A stretch of DNA of 64,000 bases from Lytechinus pictus (Eukaryota): NCBI RefSeq assembly GCF_037042905.1, contig NC_087251.1:18416001-18480000 (forward strand). The letters are read 5' to 3'. Position numbers and translations under genes: made by a program. This document shows, piece after piece, positions 52,901-63,384 of the stretch (the stretch's first letter is position 1; the number at the start of each line of letters is the position of its first letter). The notes beneath the pieces were generated by a model. The model was not told the DNA's origin, made no database searches, and worked only from the letters and a program-made list of their open reading frames with translations.

Positions 52901-55900
52901 TTCCAAGCAACTAAATGATTGATAGTCTCTTTTTTCAGAACTATTTTTCTCTTTGTAAATCTCTTTGTAATGCGAGGTGAGCTAACCAAAATAAGGTATG
53001 GAGGAATTCAAAATACATATATAATTATATTACATTGAAGTATTTAAAATTAAAAAAAACTCTCCTCCCCATAATTTAGCACTTGACTGCATAACTCAAG
53101 GCTGGAACCTTTCTGATTGACAAACCTCCGTGAAATATTACTCACATTCATCATACAGCTATATGGTCGAGTAGCACAATCTTCATTTCTACAATAACAA
53201 TACAGCCATATGGACTCTGTGTGGTTTTCAAACCAATTTCATTTATAACCCACATAGCACAATGAATTTTATTAGATTTTATCTGCATTGTATTTATATG
53301 CGCCAATAAGGTAATTTAAATGTAAATGCAGAAATAAATCTGTAAAATTGTAATCTGTGAAGAATGTCGCTTTGATGGAATACTCGGCTCTACAATGCTA
53401 ATTTTTTTCAATGTTTTTTTTAATAGACTTACACAACCCTGACCTCTCTTTATAGATTGATATGAATTGATCTATATTCTTAATACAACAGGATTCATTC
53501 TTAATAACCATCCTCAGGAATCAAGAATGCAGAAACTTAGAAATTGACATTTTAAAACAGTATAGTCCTTTGGCTAACAGTACAAAATAATGAATATACT
53601 GTATTATATCAAACATTGAATTTCTTTTGATAAGCTCGTTACAGAAAATGAGTAATGACTTTATTTCATAAATGACAATACCGATTGATAACATAAAAAA
53701 GGAAATCATGAACTGAAAAGACTTAAACATTACCAATTTCTGAATTTCCACCGATGAGCTTGGAATGAGGATATTTGACCTTGAGATCAAGAAGTTCATC
53801 AAAGGTCACAGGCTGGAACCATGTGACACGCTCCCCTCGGAAACACACTGTCTGTGCAGGTTCATTTGCACTAAGCTGTTCAAATTGAAAGAGAAATTGA
53901 TTAAAAAACATCAGTATGATTATTTTTTGCAATAAATGAAAACTGTGAAGGTGGGTATGGATTAGTTAGAATCTTATCAGGCAGAGTACCACATATTAAG
54001 AATGTCAATTTCATCAAAATATTCTATCCAAATATTTCTTTTCCTGGTTAACAGAACAGCCTTACTCCCTGTGGATCGCAAAGAGCTAATGGGAGACAAA
54101 TGTAAATAGCTCTCATAAAAACAAGGCCTAACAGCTATAATTCATAAAAAGATAATCATTCAACCGCTGCTACTTGTACGACGTATCTTAATTTGATCAA
54201 AATTAATGTCACTATTTATTACATAGAGATAAAATGTACAATAGGATATATGAGTATAATCTATCATTTATCAAATCTTACCAATAGATCTGGTGGGAAG
54301 ATGAGGTCTTGAGAAGGATCATACTTTGAGAAGTCTTTTGGGTCAAACAAAAGTCCTGACACCTACGTTGAAAAAAAAAACGGCAAAAAAACACATATAA
54401 TGGAATGTAGAATATTAGATATTATATCCCTTACTTAGGATTGTTGTATTGAGAGTGTACACAAGGAGAAAAAGAATAGTTTTACTACGAAAAACGTTTG
54501 CCGTGAAATAGTTCATTTTCCTTGCTGACGTCACGCATAGTACTATGTGATGTTCCTTTGATGCGAATAGTTTTAGCCAGATCCTCGAGTGTCATTGTAT
54601 ATTAGTATACTAGTATTCTGTCCCTTGAGTAGTCAGTTAAAATGAGGTACTATTAAATTGTGATATGGACTTATTAGTAAGTTTTCTCTCCAAGGCCAAA
54701 GCAAGCAATGATTCAATTATCCTGACAAACTGTACAACATGTATTGTAAGAGAGAAAAACTCATGAAGCAGACTTTATAATTCAAATGTATCTTGAAGAT
54801 TCAATTCAACCCATTAAGAAAGATCCTGAGGAGTTAAACATAGTAGTATTAGCTGAACAACATTTCAATTAAAATAATACACAAACATCTCTCCCCCACC
54901 CCCCCCCCTCTCTCTCTCTCTCGATCTCTACACATGTTTTGAGCTTGATAACTATTATTTTTGTATCACATGCATTTTTTTTATAGTAATTACCCTAATG
55001 GAATAATACATTTGTGTGTATTTCATATAGACCATTGCTAAATGTTCTCATTCTGTGAACACTTTGTCTTAGATATCCTCACTGTTATGAATGAGAGGTG
55101 ATCACCAATTAAGCTTTCGATCAACAACTGATGCCTGTTTAAGCCTTAATTTGCCAAAACTGACTTAATCCACTGCAAGAAAAATTGTATTACCTCTTTA
55201 TTATCAGGAACACTGTTGTTTTGTGATGGACCATTCTGACAACCTCCTCCACAGCACCCATCCTGAGAAGAAAGAAAGAAATACCTTTTCAACTATTTCT
55301 CCTTCTAAGAATATATTATTAGTGATTTTTTTTACACTCACAAACTTCTAAACCAAACCATGGACCGAACGCTAATCCTCAATCTAATTCTTACCCAAAA
55401 TCAATCCTAACCCTTAAATTATGTAACTCCTGTACCTTTCTTTGCAGGGGTATGAGAGATTAGCTCTTTACCGGTAGTTGATTTCAGCTTTTTTCAGGAT
55501 AATTTCAGCTTATTTCATCATTCCTGTGTACAAAATTATGTGAGTTCTTTCAATTTCAGCTATTTTTTTACACTCTTCAGCCTTTTTTTTAGCTCTTTTT
55601 TTTAGTGACCACTCACACCCCAGTCTGTGTATTATCAGACAGGGTGGTTGGAGGGGTAAATCCTTGTTGACATATTGATAGTTTGCCCCCTCTCCCCCCC
55701 CCCCTTCAATGAGCTGCCTACTCGTAGCTTTCTTGCACTTTCACAGCCTCTCCTGTACAGAACATCTTTTTAAAAATAGATCCTTGAGTAACTGAAAGAC
55801 TTCTTTCTGTTCTATTCTACAGCTGTGCTTTACATGATATATCAATGTACTTGCTGCTATTGACAAAAAAAGTTGAACAAATAACTCAACATCTACCGTA

Positions 55901-58900
55901 AGGTTTTACGGTATATAAATTATGCACAGATGTGAGTGCATCTGTAGGTTTTGTGAGCATAAGATAAGTATGGAACTGTCATGTTAAACCCATGAAGCTC
56001 AGCCGAGTGGGTTTAGACTAGTTTCCATAGTCCTACTGATGCATGAACCTGTGTATCATTTGTTTTATAGAATGGTGGAATTTTGGGGCGAATAAGTAAT
56101 TATCGGAAGCACAATTGCAAAGAAATTGATTCAAATGACAGTAGACTCTTACCTTCTTTGTAAATGTCTTGTAAGCTTGCAGAATAGGTCTGTAACCCGT
56201 ACAACGACACAGATTCCCCTCGAATGCTCCATGAATGTCATCCATGGTAGGCTGTGGTTTGTTTCTAAGGAGGGCATACATGGACATCACGATGCCAGGA
56301 GTACAGAAGCCGCACTGTGACCCATGAGCCTTTGCAATACGTTCCTGTTTGGACCATGTATGAAAAAGTCTCTTCAAAGCCTTCAAATATCAGTCTCAGC
56401 AATTTCTTTTTGTTAGCATTTGTCATATCATTTTTTTAGTCAGTGGGAAAATACATGCCATTCAGACCGATATGATATTGTATTAAGTGGTGGATGGGAA
56501 TTTGGAGAGGTGAAAATTATGACCATTACCACCACTTTAAAGGTCAAGTCCATCTCAGAAAAATGTTGATTTGATTAAGTAGAGAAAAATCAAACTAGCA
56601 TAATGCTGAAAGTTTTATCGAAATCGAATGTAAAATAAGAAAGTTATGACTCTTTAAAGTTTTGCTTATTTCTCACAAAACAGTGATACGCACAACTCAG
56701 TGACATACAAGTGAGTGAGTCGATGAAGTCCCTCACTCACTATTTCTTTTGTGTTTCATTGTTTGAATTATATGGTGGGGGTACCTAAAGCTACGCACTT
56801 TGTTTACAAACGATAAAAACTATGCCAATTTTAATATTCTAACAAATCATCTTTCACAAATTTGTGTTAAATATTGTAAAGATTCATAACCAAAAAGAAA
56901 ATATCACAAAACTCACTAATACGAAAATCCAACCGTGTTTTCCGAACACCTCTTGATTTCGCCGCCCGATTAGAAGGGGTCCTAAAGCTACACACTCAAT
57001 TTATCATGCAAAAAAAAAGTATTTCCTGTGCCTAAACTTCTAAATAATGTTCATATTCTTATAGGAAAATATGAAATCAAAGTGAATATAACTCCAAAAT
57101 TCCAAACAGTTGCTGGTTTTCTCTGTATTTAGCGATTTATTGCAGCCTCTGTAGAAAAAAATGAATAGGAATCGTTCGTCACACTGCAGTCACTAGCTCC
57201 ACACAGAGTGCGCATTTTGCAATTGAAATTGCATGCGCATTGGAGTGGTGCGTAGCTTTAGGACCCGCGTAGCTTTAGGGCCCCCTACCATACAATATTT
57301 CATTTTTTACAGGTTTGGACCAACTTGACTGAGCCATATAGTATTAAACAATGCCAGTTCAACATGTTCAGGGAGGGATTAATCATTGTTTCACTTGAAA
57401 ATGAGAAAATTAGCATATTTCATATATCATATAATAAAATACATTAAAAAAAGTGAGTGGATGACGTCATAAGTCTCCTCATTTGCATACCGACCAAGAT
57501 GTGCATACAAAAGTGTGTGAAATTAAGCAAAACTTTAAAATGTAATAATTTTCTTATTTTACATCCGATTTTGATGAAATTTTCAGTGTTATGCTTGTTG
57601 CATTTTTCTTTTTATATTCAAATCAACTTTTTGTTGGGGTGGACTTGTCATTTAATGACAACAATGCATACTGTAGGGAATATGAGAATGCTTGGAATAC
57701 ATTATCAAAACCATGCACCATATTGATAGATTGCTTTTAATATACAGTTAGTATCTAGTACCATAATATATACTATGCAATATGTTACCATAGTTAATAT
57801 AGAACTCTGGATAATAGGCATGAATCATTCAGAAACAGATTTTATTATGGTCTGAATGGATCAGACTAACATATTCTTAAACTGCAGAAATATTCTCTCT
57901 CGTATCTCCACATTATAAAGGAAATGACTTTGAGTTTGATTGAAAATGCAGACATTGAAAACCCAATTCCCTACCCCCCCCCAAAAAAAAAAAAAATATA
58001 TATATATATGTATCAAAGTGAGGTGCCAATGATCAGAACTCTGTCCATTTCCATTATTTGATGTTCATTCAACAGCTACGGATGACACTAAGCACTACCA
58101 TTGAAAAGGATTCATATTCATATTCAAACAAATGAACCAACCAACCAAAACCTTAGTTCTTTATCCTTGATTACGTTTACACATGAAAGCACATGACTGC
58201 ATGGTTATAATTTGATATTACAGTTTTACTTTGAAAATAATAGCAGGGGAATGTTATGTGGACTTGCATGAGAAAGAATTATCAGCCATGTCTTCAATCT
58301 ACACAGTAGTATTGATATGTTTCAAACACACACAGATACAGACCTGTGGTACATCAGATGGTCTCAATAATCATAACCAGTGTCAACACTTGGGCCTCTG
58401 GGTAAACAACTTGATTAAACTACACTGCTGCTTATGGTCACACTCATGTAAACAGTAACTTCACAAATTCTTTATCCAATATAAGTGTAAAATTGTGTCC
58501 AAAGTCCAAGGTGGAACTCATAAGGATCCCTTTCACTTCCCTCAATTCTTTCAGTTTTAAACCCATCATTTCTTTTACTTCAACTCGCCATCTTAAACGT
58601 TATGGCCTTCCCTGCTTTCTTTTTCTCTCAATCATTCCTACAATTATATTCTACTAAAGACTATTGTCTCTTCATATTATGTGGCAGTAATATTGCAGTA
58701 TGAGAAAATCAACATGTGTCAGCAATGATCTTGGTTTATTCACAAAGTCAAGAATGTATTCACTGGATTTATTTGCGGTTCAGATTTTGAAGATCCTTCT
58801 CAAGCATTACATTTCAAATCTACTTTCCTTCTATCGTCTTGTTTTCAATACAGGAAATTATTATTATTTTTTGCAAATTACCTTTTATAAAGAGGCTGGC

Positions 58901-61900
58901 ACGCCTGGATGATCGAGCCAGTGTATGCTGATGTACATATGGCAAGCTATATTATTTTTTTTACATCAACAATTAAATTCTTAATATAAAAGCATAGTGT
59001 TTTATATGATTAAAGTCCAGGGGCATGTTTCATAAGAGTTAAACCCTGTTACACCGGATTTCCTAAGTAGTCTCAGGGTGCCCCGAGACCAGTCTCAGGC
59101 AGGTTTCTCATCCGTTGTAAACCTACCCAAGACCCCTCGTGATGTGTTCCGAGACCGGTCTCGGGGTGCCCCGAGACGCACCCCGAGCGAGACTGGATTT
59201 GGATTCGGTGTAAACGCAAACCTGCCCAAAACTGGTCTGAGATGCGCTACACGTGGAACGATTATCCAAACAATAAACACAGCGCGGGCTTGGCGCCCTG
59301 CCAAACCTATCTCGGACAGCTTTGGTAAGTCAGTATAAACGCACAGAAAGCTATCTTGGGCGGCGCCCCGAGACTCGTTATGATTCTGGTGTAATAGGGG
59401 GTCAAAAATTTAGGTCAACTTTTGGAAACCAGTCTCGGGGTGACCCGAGACTGGTCTCGGGTAGGAAATCCAGTGTAACAGGGTCTTACACTACCATGGT
59501 AACTTTTCCATTATCATAGTAATCTTGATTGTGATCGATTGCGGAGCCTTGTTACCACAATGATAAAGTTACAATATATGTAACTCTTGATGAAACCGGC
59601 CCCCAGTGGCTATTTCACAACTTACACAGGATATTTTGGACTCTCCTGGGGCTAATTGCCCCAAGTGGCAATGTGTTCTTTTTTCGGCATTGGTCAGTCC
59701 ATTTCTTCCTTACCTGCACAGGATGTAGTTTTGTCTTGGTGCTTCCGATACCTTCTACTGTCGTCACTGCTGCACCATGGACAGAGCATACAGGAGCTAG
59801 ACAGGCATTGACTGCATGGTGACTGATTGGTCAAAGTTCCAGTCAAGAATAACAACTACTCATGACCCCGCATTTGTTCCTGTGACAATTGCATATTTTT
59901 AGGATATAAGAAAAGGGTCAGGACTTTCATTAGGAATTCACCAGTAAATACTTTAGGGAGGTTTAAACTTCCAAGAATGACAAAAAAAGATTCTACCGAA
60001 TGTTACACCACTGCTACACTGCACCAATCCTAGCACAAATACACTTATCCTCAATTCCATCACCCGGTAATTTGTGGAAAAAAAATCACATGTAGCAAAT
60101 GCTGTGGAAGCAAATGTATGCATGTTGGTGTACAAAGCCTAAAACTGGTACATGTAAAATAGATTTGCAAATCAATTTTCTTTCAGTTATGTTTAGACGA
60201 CTCAATAGTAAAGTTGATAAATGCTACATGATTGCAATCACATGGATGATGTTCTCTTAACATTGATTAAGTTTACTGTAGCATAATTCAGATCATGCTT
60301 GCAATTGCAATTTTTTTTTTTTTTTTGGGGGGGGGAGGACAAACAATTTTATAAGCACAGTAGCGTGCATGTGTACAGCTTTGTTGACCCGGAACGTTCT
60401 GGTGTTACTGGATGATTTTAATACTGCTGTGAAAAGTGTCTGAAACAAAGTGATTTACAATTAAATGGTGAGATACAGAAAACATATAAAAAAATTTAAT
60501 GAATTTTCTAGAATACTGAAAATATTGAATGAAGAGGATGACACCTAGCATTCCATAAAAAAACTAAAATTCATGAAGTTTGGAATTTAGCCAGAGTCAC
60601 CCTATAACATTACAAAATGCTATTTTTTGTATGAAAAAGGATACACAATTTTGCTGGTATTTCTGTTGTATGATGACACCATAACAGTGCAGGCTCCACA
60701 ACCTCCTTCAGCGCATCCTAGCTTGGTTCCTGTCAAACCCACTGTCACCATAGTTACCAAGAGTTAAGGTCAACAGTTCACAAATCATAGTGAATCAAGT
60801 ATCAATAATCAATAATTACTGCTAGTTTCCAAATCTATTTACATTATGAGGGCACCTGACCTAAACAGAAGTCGGATTCATATTATGGCAGGAAATCCAT
60901 TCGGTATCTTTTAACCATGGTTTTTTTTTTCACCTGCTCCATTATTTTGTCTAATGATGAAACTGAAATTGAAGGATTGGTGAGAAAATAAGAATTCCTG
61001 CAAGACAGAAGGCTCAGACTAATGTGCCTCAGGACAAACTGCATCATTTTGTACAAGGATCATCCGGTTACCATAGGCAACGGCTGAAATGCTCTTTATT
61101 CATTAACAACTCACCCACCCCTCTTAAAAGGATCTTTGAAATAAATGAAAAATATCTAAAATTTACAAAAATTCTGCAACAAAACATTTTTTGCCAATGC
61201 TAATAATCTGGCATTGTTGTACAAGCCACAAGGCCAGATTCCTATGATGGGGCTTTCAGTTATGATATCTGCGGCTAGCCCAACAAAGATCTATAACATC
61301 CCTGGGCTATTGAAACAAAGAGTCTTGGAATTCAAAAACTTTTTGGGCAACCCAGGAAAAGCTGTATTTCAAAAGCATAGCAATGGTAATAATATCCAAG
61401 ACATTTGGAAGTTCATGGAAGGCATTATGACATAATGTGATAAGCGCTATACAAGAACTGCGTTACTATTATGGTGGCAACCTGATATTGTTGAAAACAG
61501 TCTCCTGATCCCAGTAAATAACCTTTTCAAAGTTAAAGAAGGTTGCTACTTTATACACATATACATCTAGGTCATAACTATAAAATCAAGCAATTTCTGA
61601 GCTGTCCTTGTAGTCTTTAAATTTTGAGATACAAGGTTTGAACAGTCAAGTGATAATAAGCTTTTCTTGAATTTAGAAATTGTATAAAAATGCTTTGTCA
61701 GCTCTTGAAAAACTCCATCTCTAAACAACACACATACATTGGATGTAACTGTGGCAGGGAAAAAGCTCTATAAAACTACACATCCCACTTTACAATTCAG
61801 CTTGCAACATTAATTCTAAATTGCACTGGAATATTTTCAAGTATATTCTTCCCTAAAGGATACATTTCTTTCGCAGGTAAACTAGGAGTGTCATTTCTGG

Positions 61901-62592
61901 ATCAGGGTTTTTCTCAATGACCTGGAGAAAGTTTAATGAGAAAAACATGTTGATCACATTTTAATTATAATTGTAAATAATTGTACATGTATACAATCAC
62001 TTCAGCCTCAAAATTTTGAGCACAATTAGTCCTAGAACCCCTTAAAACGCCAATTTACACATGCAAAAAAAAGTGTTGCTTATAATAACACATCTTGATA
62101 AAAAGAATACCTTGCTTAGGCTATGTGTAAAAAAAATATTCAGAATCAGATATTTTCTTCCCCAAAACAAAGCAATCATGCGTAAAGAGCCATGGTCTCC
62201 AATTTTTATTCATCAGTAACATCAAGACCTTACAGTATATGTGCAAATACATTTTCATTTAAAAGAAAATTAATGGAAAGAGGTTCAAACAAAAGGCAAT
62301 AAATAAGAAACTGAAATGGGAGAAAATTCTACTTGTTTTTTGTTCATAAAACAGGTCAAAGCAATCTCATAATCTGAAATTTTCTGATACATGAAGTTGT
62401 ATTAATGAAGATTTATATTCTCACCTCTCAAATAATATTCTGTTTCAATTCCATTGATAATATATTGATCAAGCAAATGTAGCAATCATATGAATAACAT
62501 CATCAAGTAGTGAGAGTTAGAAGTTTAGAACAAACCTTTTTGCCATTGCAGAAAAACAGAAGTACAGAACCTCCATTCTCTGTGGTCTCCAT
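33792..62592 (-). CDS. xdh: Xanthine dehydrogenase/oxidase, 1335 aa, 32 coding exons
   Basis: All exons join in frame (4008 nt with stop). 2Fe-2S motifs [26 protein letters not shown] domain [25 protein letters not shown]; Moco domain [34 protein letters not shown]. The Glu802 and Arg880 equivalents favour XDH over aldehyde oxidase. Confidence 0.95.
34321..34485 (-). CDS. xdh: XDH exon 31
   Basis: [21 protein letters not shown]...[14 protein letters not shown]. Confidence 0.93.
34525..34640. repeat. (CAT)n-like microsatellite
   Basis: Direct reading. Confidence 0.8.
35040..35347 (+). mobile_element. Penelope-like retroelement 3' fragment (end of GIY-YIG endonuclease plus pLTR), nested in the TTAA element
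   Basis: [31 protein letters not shown] matches the Penelope endonuclease C-terminus. Flanked by GAGTTTAAA repeats (35031-35039, 35348-35356). Confidence 0.88.
35214..35258 (+). ncRNA. Minimal type I hammerhead ribozyme motif
   Basis: ACATCG-CTGACGA-A-GGTTGC(AGTTA)GCAGCC-GAAA-ATTT-CGAGGT: both core boxes, stem II, palindromic AATT in place of stem III, stem I with one mismatch. Confidence 0.7.
36922..37110 (-). CDS. xdh: XDH exon 30
   Basis: [15 protein letters not shown]...[16 protein letters not shown]...SSK. Confidence 0.93.
37928..38108 (-). CDS. xdh: XDH exon 29
   Basis: TPDLTYDW...[12 protein letters not shown]...[14 protein letters not shown]. Confidence 0.93.
38466..38518 (-). CDS. 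xdh: XDH exon 28
   Basis: [17 protein letters not shown]. Confidence 0.92.
39056..39130 (-). CDS. xdh: XDH exon 27
   Basis: [25 protein letters not shown]. Confidence 0.92.
40109..40333 (-). CDS. xdh: XDH exon 26
   Basis: [29 protein letters not shown]...PNTSPTAAS. Confidence 0.95.
40638..40926. mobile_element. Short element with subterminal inverted repeats (Helentron-associated/DINE-like)
   Basis: Starts AACAAGG, TGTCTCGCC (40659) inverted with GGCGAGACA (40914), A-rich flanks. Classification is inference. Confidence 0.4.
41034..41115 (-). CDS. xdh: XDH exon 25
   Basis: [27 protein letters not shown]. Confidence 0.93.
41363..41508 (-). CDS. xdh: XDH exon 24
   Basis: [14 protein letters not shown]...RCWEQCL...VDIFN. 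Confidence 0.92.
42164..42355 (-). CDS. xdh: XDH exon 23
   Basis: [13 protein letters not shown]...[18 protein letters not shown]. Confidence 0.95.
42993..43482. mobile_element. Repeat with two inverted-repeat modules including a 164-bp hairpin (Crypton-like non-autonomous element, tentative)
   Basis: GTTGTACAACGCCT (42993) inverted with AGGCGTTGTACAAC (43303), then hairpin 43317-43480 centred on CGGCTTACGCCTCG. Confidence 0.5.
43929..44103 (-). CDS. xdh: XDH exon 22
   Basis: [24 protein letters not shown]...YDLSAA. Confidence 0.94.
44659..44792 (-). CDS. xdh: XDH exon 21
   Basis: [25 protein letters not shown]. Confidence 0.94.
45214..45435 (-). CDS. xdh: XDH exon 20
   Basis: DAIARQSFF...[11 protein letters not shown]...STQHPTEAQ. 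Confidence 0.94.
46100..46219 (-). CDS. xdh: XDH exon 19
   Basis: [23 protein letters not shown]...IITIE. Confidence 0.92.
46636..46762 (-). CDS. xdh: XDH exon 18
   Basis: [26 protein letters not shown]...DEELLATTE. Confidence 0.92.
47686..47737 (-). CDS. xdh: XDH exon 17
   Basis: [16 protein letters not shown]. Confidence 0.92.
47982..48099 (-). CDS. xdh: XDH exon 16
   Basis: [36 protein letters not shown]. Confidence 0.94.
48649..48741 (-). CDS. xdh: XDH exon 15
   Basis: [31 protein letters not shown] (linker). Confidence 0.85.
49397..49562 (-). CDS. xdh: XDH exon 14
   Basis: KWDESMLD...[22 protein letters not shown]. Confidence 0.93.
50143..50327 (-). CDS. xdh: XDH exon 13
   Basis: [26 protein letters not shown]...YGGMA. 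Confidence 0.94.
50668..50774 (-). CDS. xdh: XDH exon 12
   Basis: [33 protein letters not shown]. Confidence 0.93.
51174..51273 (-). CDS. xdh: XDH exon 11
   Basis: [22 protein letters not shown]. Confidence 0.94.
51725..51801 (-). CDS. xdh: XDH exon 10
   Basis: [22 protein letters not shown]. Confidence 0.94.
52593..52760 (-). CDS. xdh: XDH exon 9
   Basis: [22 protein letters not shown]...GSSVSLT. Confidence 0.92.
53734..53875 (-). CDS. xdh: XDH exon 8
   Basis: [36 protein letters not shown]. Confidence 0.93.
54282..54362 (-). CDS. xdh: XDH exon 7
   Basis: [27 protein letters not shown]. Confidence 0.92.
55194..55262 (-). CDS. xdh: XDH exon 6
   Basis: [23 protein letters not shown] (linker). 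Confidence 0.85.
55445..55623. mobile_element. Small hAT-like MITE
   Basis: CAGGGGTATGAG ... CTCACACCCC ends with repeated TTCAGCT. Confidence 0.45.
56153..56344 (-). CDS. xdh: XDH exon 5
   Basis: [17 protein letters not shown]...[13 protein letters not shown]. Confidence 0.95.
56541..57651. mobile_element. TTAA-flanked non-autonomous element (Kolobok-like) carrying a nested insertion
   Basis: TTAA|AGGTCAAGTCCA ... TGGACTTGTCAT|TTAA with long imperfect inverted arms. Confidence 0.8.
56773..57290. mobile_element. TA-flanked MITE nested in the 56541-57651 element
   Basis: TA|TGGTGGGGGTACCTAAAGCTACGC ... GCGTAGCTTTAGGGCCCCCTACCA|TA. The empty site is visible at 8306-8307. Confidence 0.85.
59018..59606. 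mobile_element. Short palindromic MITE interrupted by a 444-bp Harbinger-like element (59042-59485)
   Basis: Host ends GGGGCATGTTTCATAAGAGTTA / TAACTCTTGATGAAACCGGCCCC. Insert TIRs ACCCTGTTACACCGGATTTCCTA / TAGGAAATCCAGTGTAACAGGGT with TTA on both sides and many CCCGAGAC repeats. Confidence 0.8.
59714..59822 (-). CDS. xdh: XDH exon 4
   Basis: [36 protein letters not shown]. Confidence 0.95.
59823..60644 (-). other. U12-type (minor spliceosome) GT-AG intron 3 of XDH
   Basis: 5' site GTATCCTTTT, branch-like TTCTTGAC (59849-59842), no polypyrimidine tract. Confidence 0.85.
60645..60741 (-). CDS. xdh: XDH exon 3
   Basis: [22 protein letters not shown]. Confidence 0.95.
60742..61863 (-). other. 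U12-type GT-AG intron 2 of XDH
   Basis: 5' site GTATCCTTT (61863-61855), branch GACCTTAAC (60771-60763), no polypyrimidine tract. Confidence 0.9.
61864..61921 (-). CDS. xdh: XDH exon 2
   Basis: [19 protein letters not shown]. Confidence 0.94.
62536..62592 (-). CDS. xdh: XDH first coding exon
   Basis: [19 protein letters not shown]. Preceded by an acceptor-like TTTTATAG, so a 5'-UTR exon probably lies upstream. Confidence 0.88.
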
Positions 62593-63089
62593 TCTATAAA
62601 AGTACTCTCTTAAAGTTCAAGATCTGGATTTCCTGAAAATAGGGCATTTGTAAATAAGCATCAGATTACCATTTTCATATCTAAATCCATCGAGAAGATT
62701 CCCTTCCCCATTTTTTGCAAGGAAGGTTTATAAACAAAAATCCAATGCATGTATTCTACATTCATGAACATGTGATCTGTCACAAGGGGAAATTTTGTTT
62801 GGTTGTAATTCTAATTGATTTGATTGGCCCATATGGCCTTTTATTTGCATCCAAGATAAATTCATACATTTAACATGATAAATCAATATTTGAAAAATAT
62901 TATAAAGAGGCAAGGGATAAAAAAAAGCAAAATACAATTTCAGAGATAACAATTACAACAAATGAAAAGCACAACATACATGTACCGGATGCAGGGATCA
63001 GCAAAGAACAGGATGGAATTAGATGTTACAATTACAGCAAGACAATTTAGAATAAATCCCCTAACTTTTTAGCCTTTGATTCCTCATTT

Positions 63090-63384
63090 CAGTGATGGAT
63101 CCAGGGGGGCACATCAGGCCTGTGCCCCCATTTTTAGAGCCATAGTCAATATTTTTAATGTAAATATGCCATTTTTACTCAAGTGTGCACCCATCCCCCC
63201 TTGAAAGTAGCAGCATGATGGGAATATGCCGTTCAAACGAAAGTGAGGACCTTTTTATTTCTTTTTGCTTGCTCAATTACGAAATAACATTACCGGTTTA
63301 AATTTGGTGAAAACTTTTTTTTCTTGTGAAATTTTCCTCGAGAAAATGTACCCCCCCCTTTCGGAAAATCCTAGGTCTCCGCTG
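63090..63384. mobile_element. MITE with CAG...CTG ends and 8-bp target duplication
   Basis: CCTCATTT|CAGTGATGGATCCAGGGGGG ... AATCCTAGGTCTCCGCTG|CCTCATAT. Confidence 0.6.

Noticed and set aside
55894..55913. TA|CCGTAAGGTTTTACGG|TA mini-palindrome as a pogo-type remnant
   Set aside because: Too short to distinguish from chance without a genome-wide search.
59078..59519. ORFs or a CRISPR-like array in the GC-rich repeat
   Set aside because: The repeats are irregular, in both orientations and bounded by TIRs, so this is a MITE in eukaryotic DNA.
33792..62592. Aldehyde oxidase assignment
   Set aside because: XDH-type Glu802 and Arg880 equivalents and the FFxGYR NAD-site motif are present.
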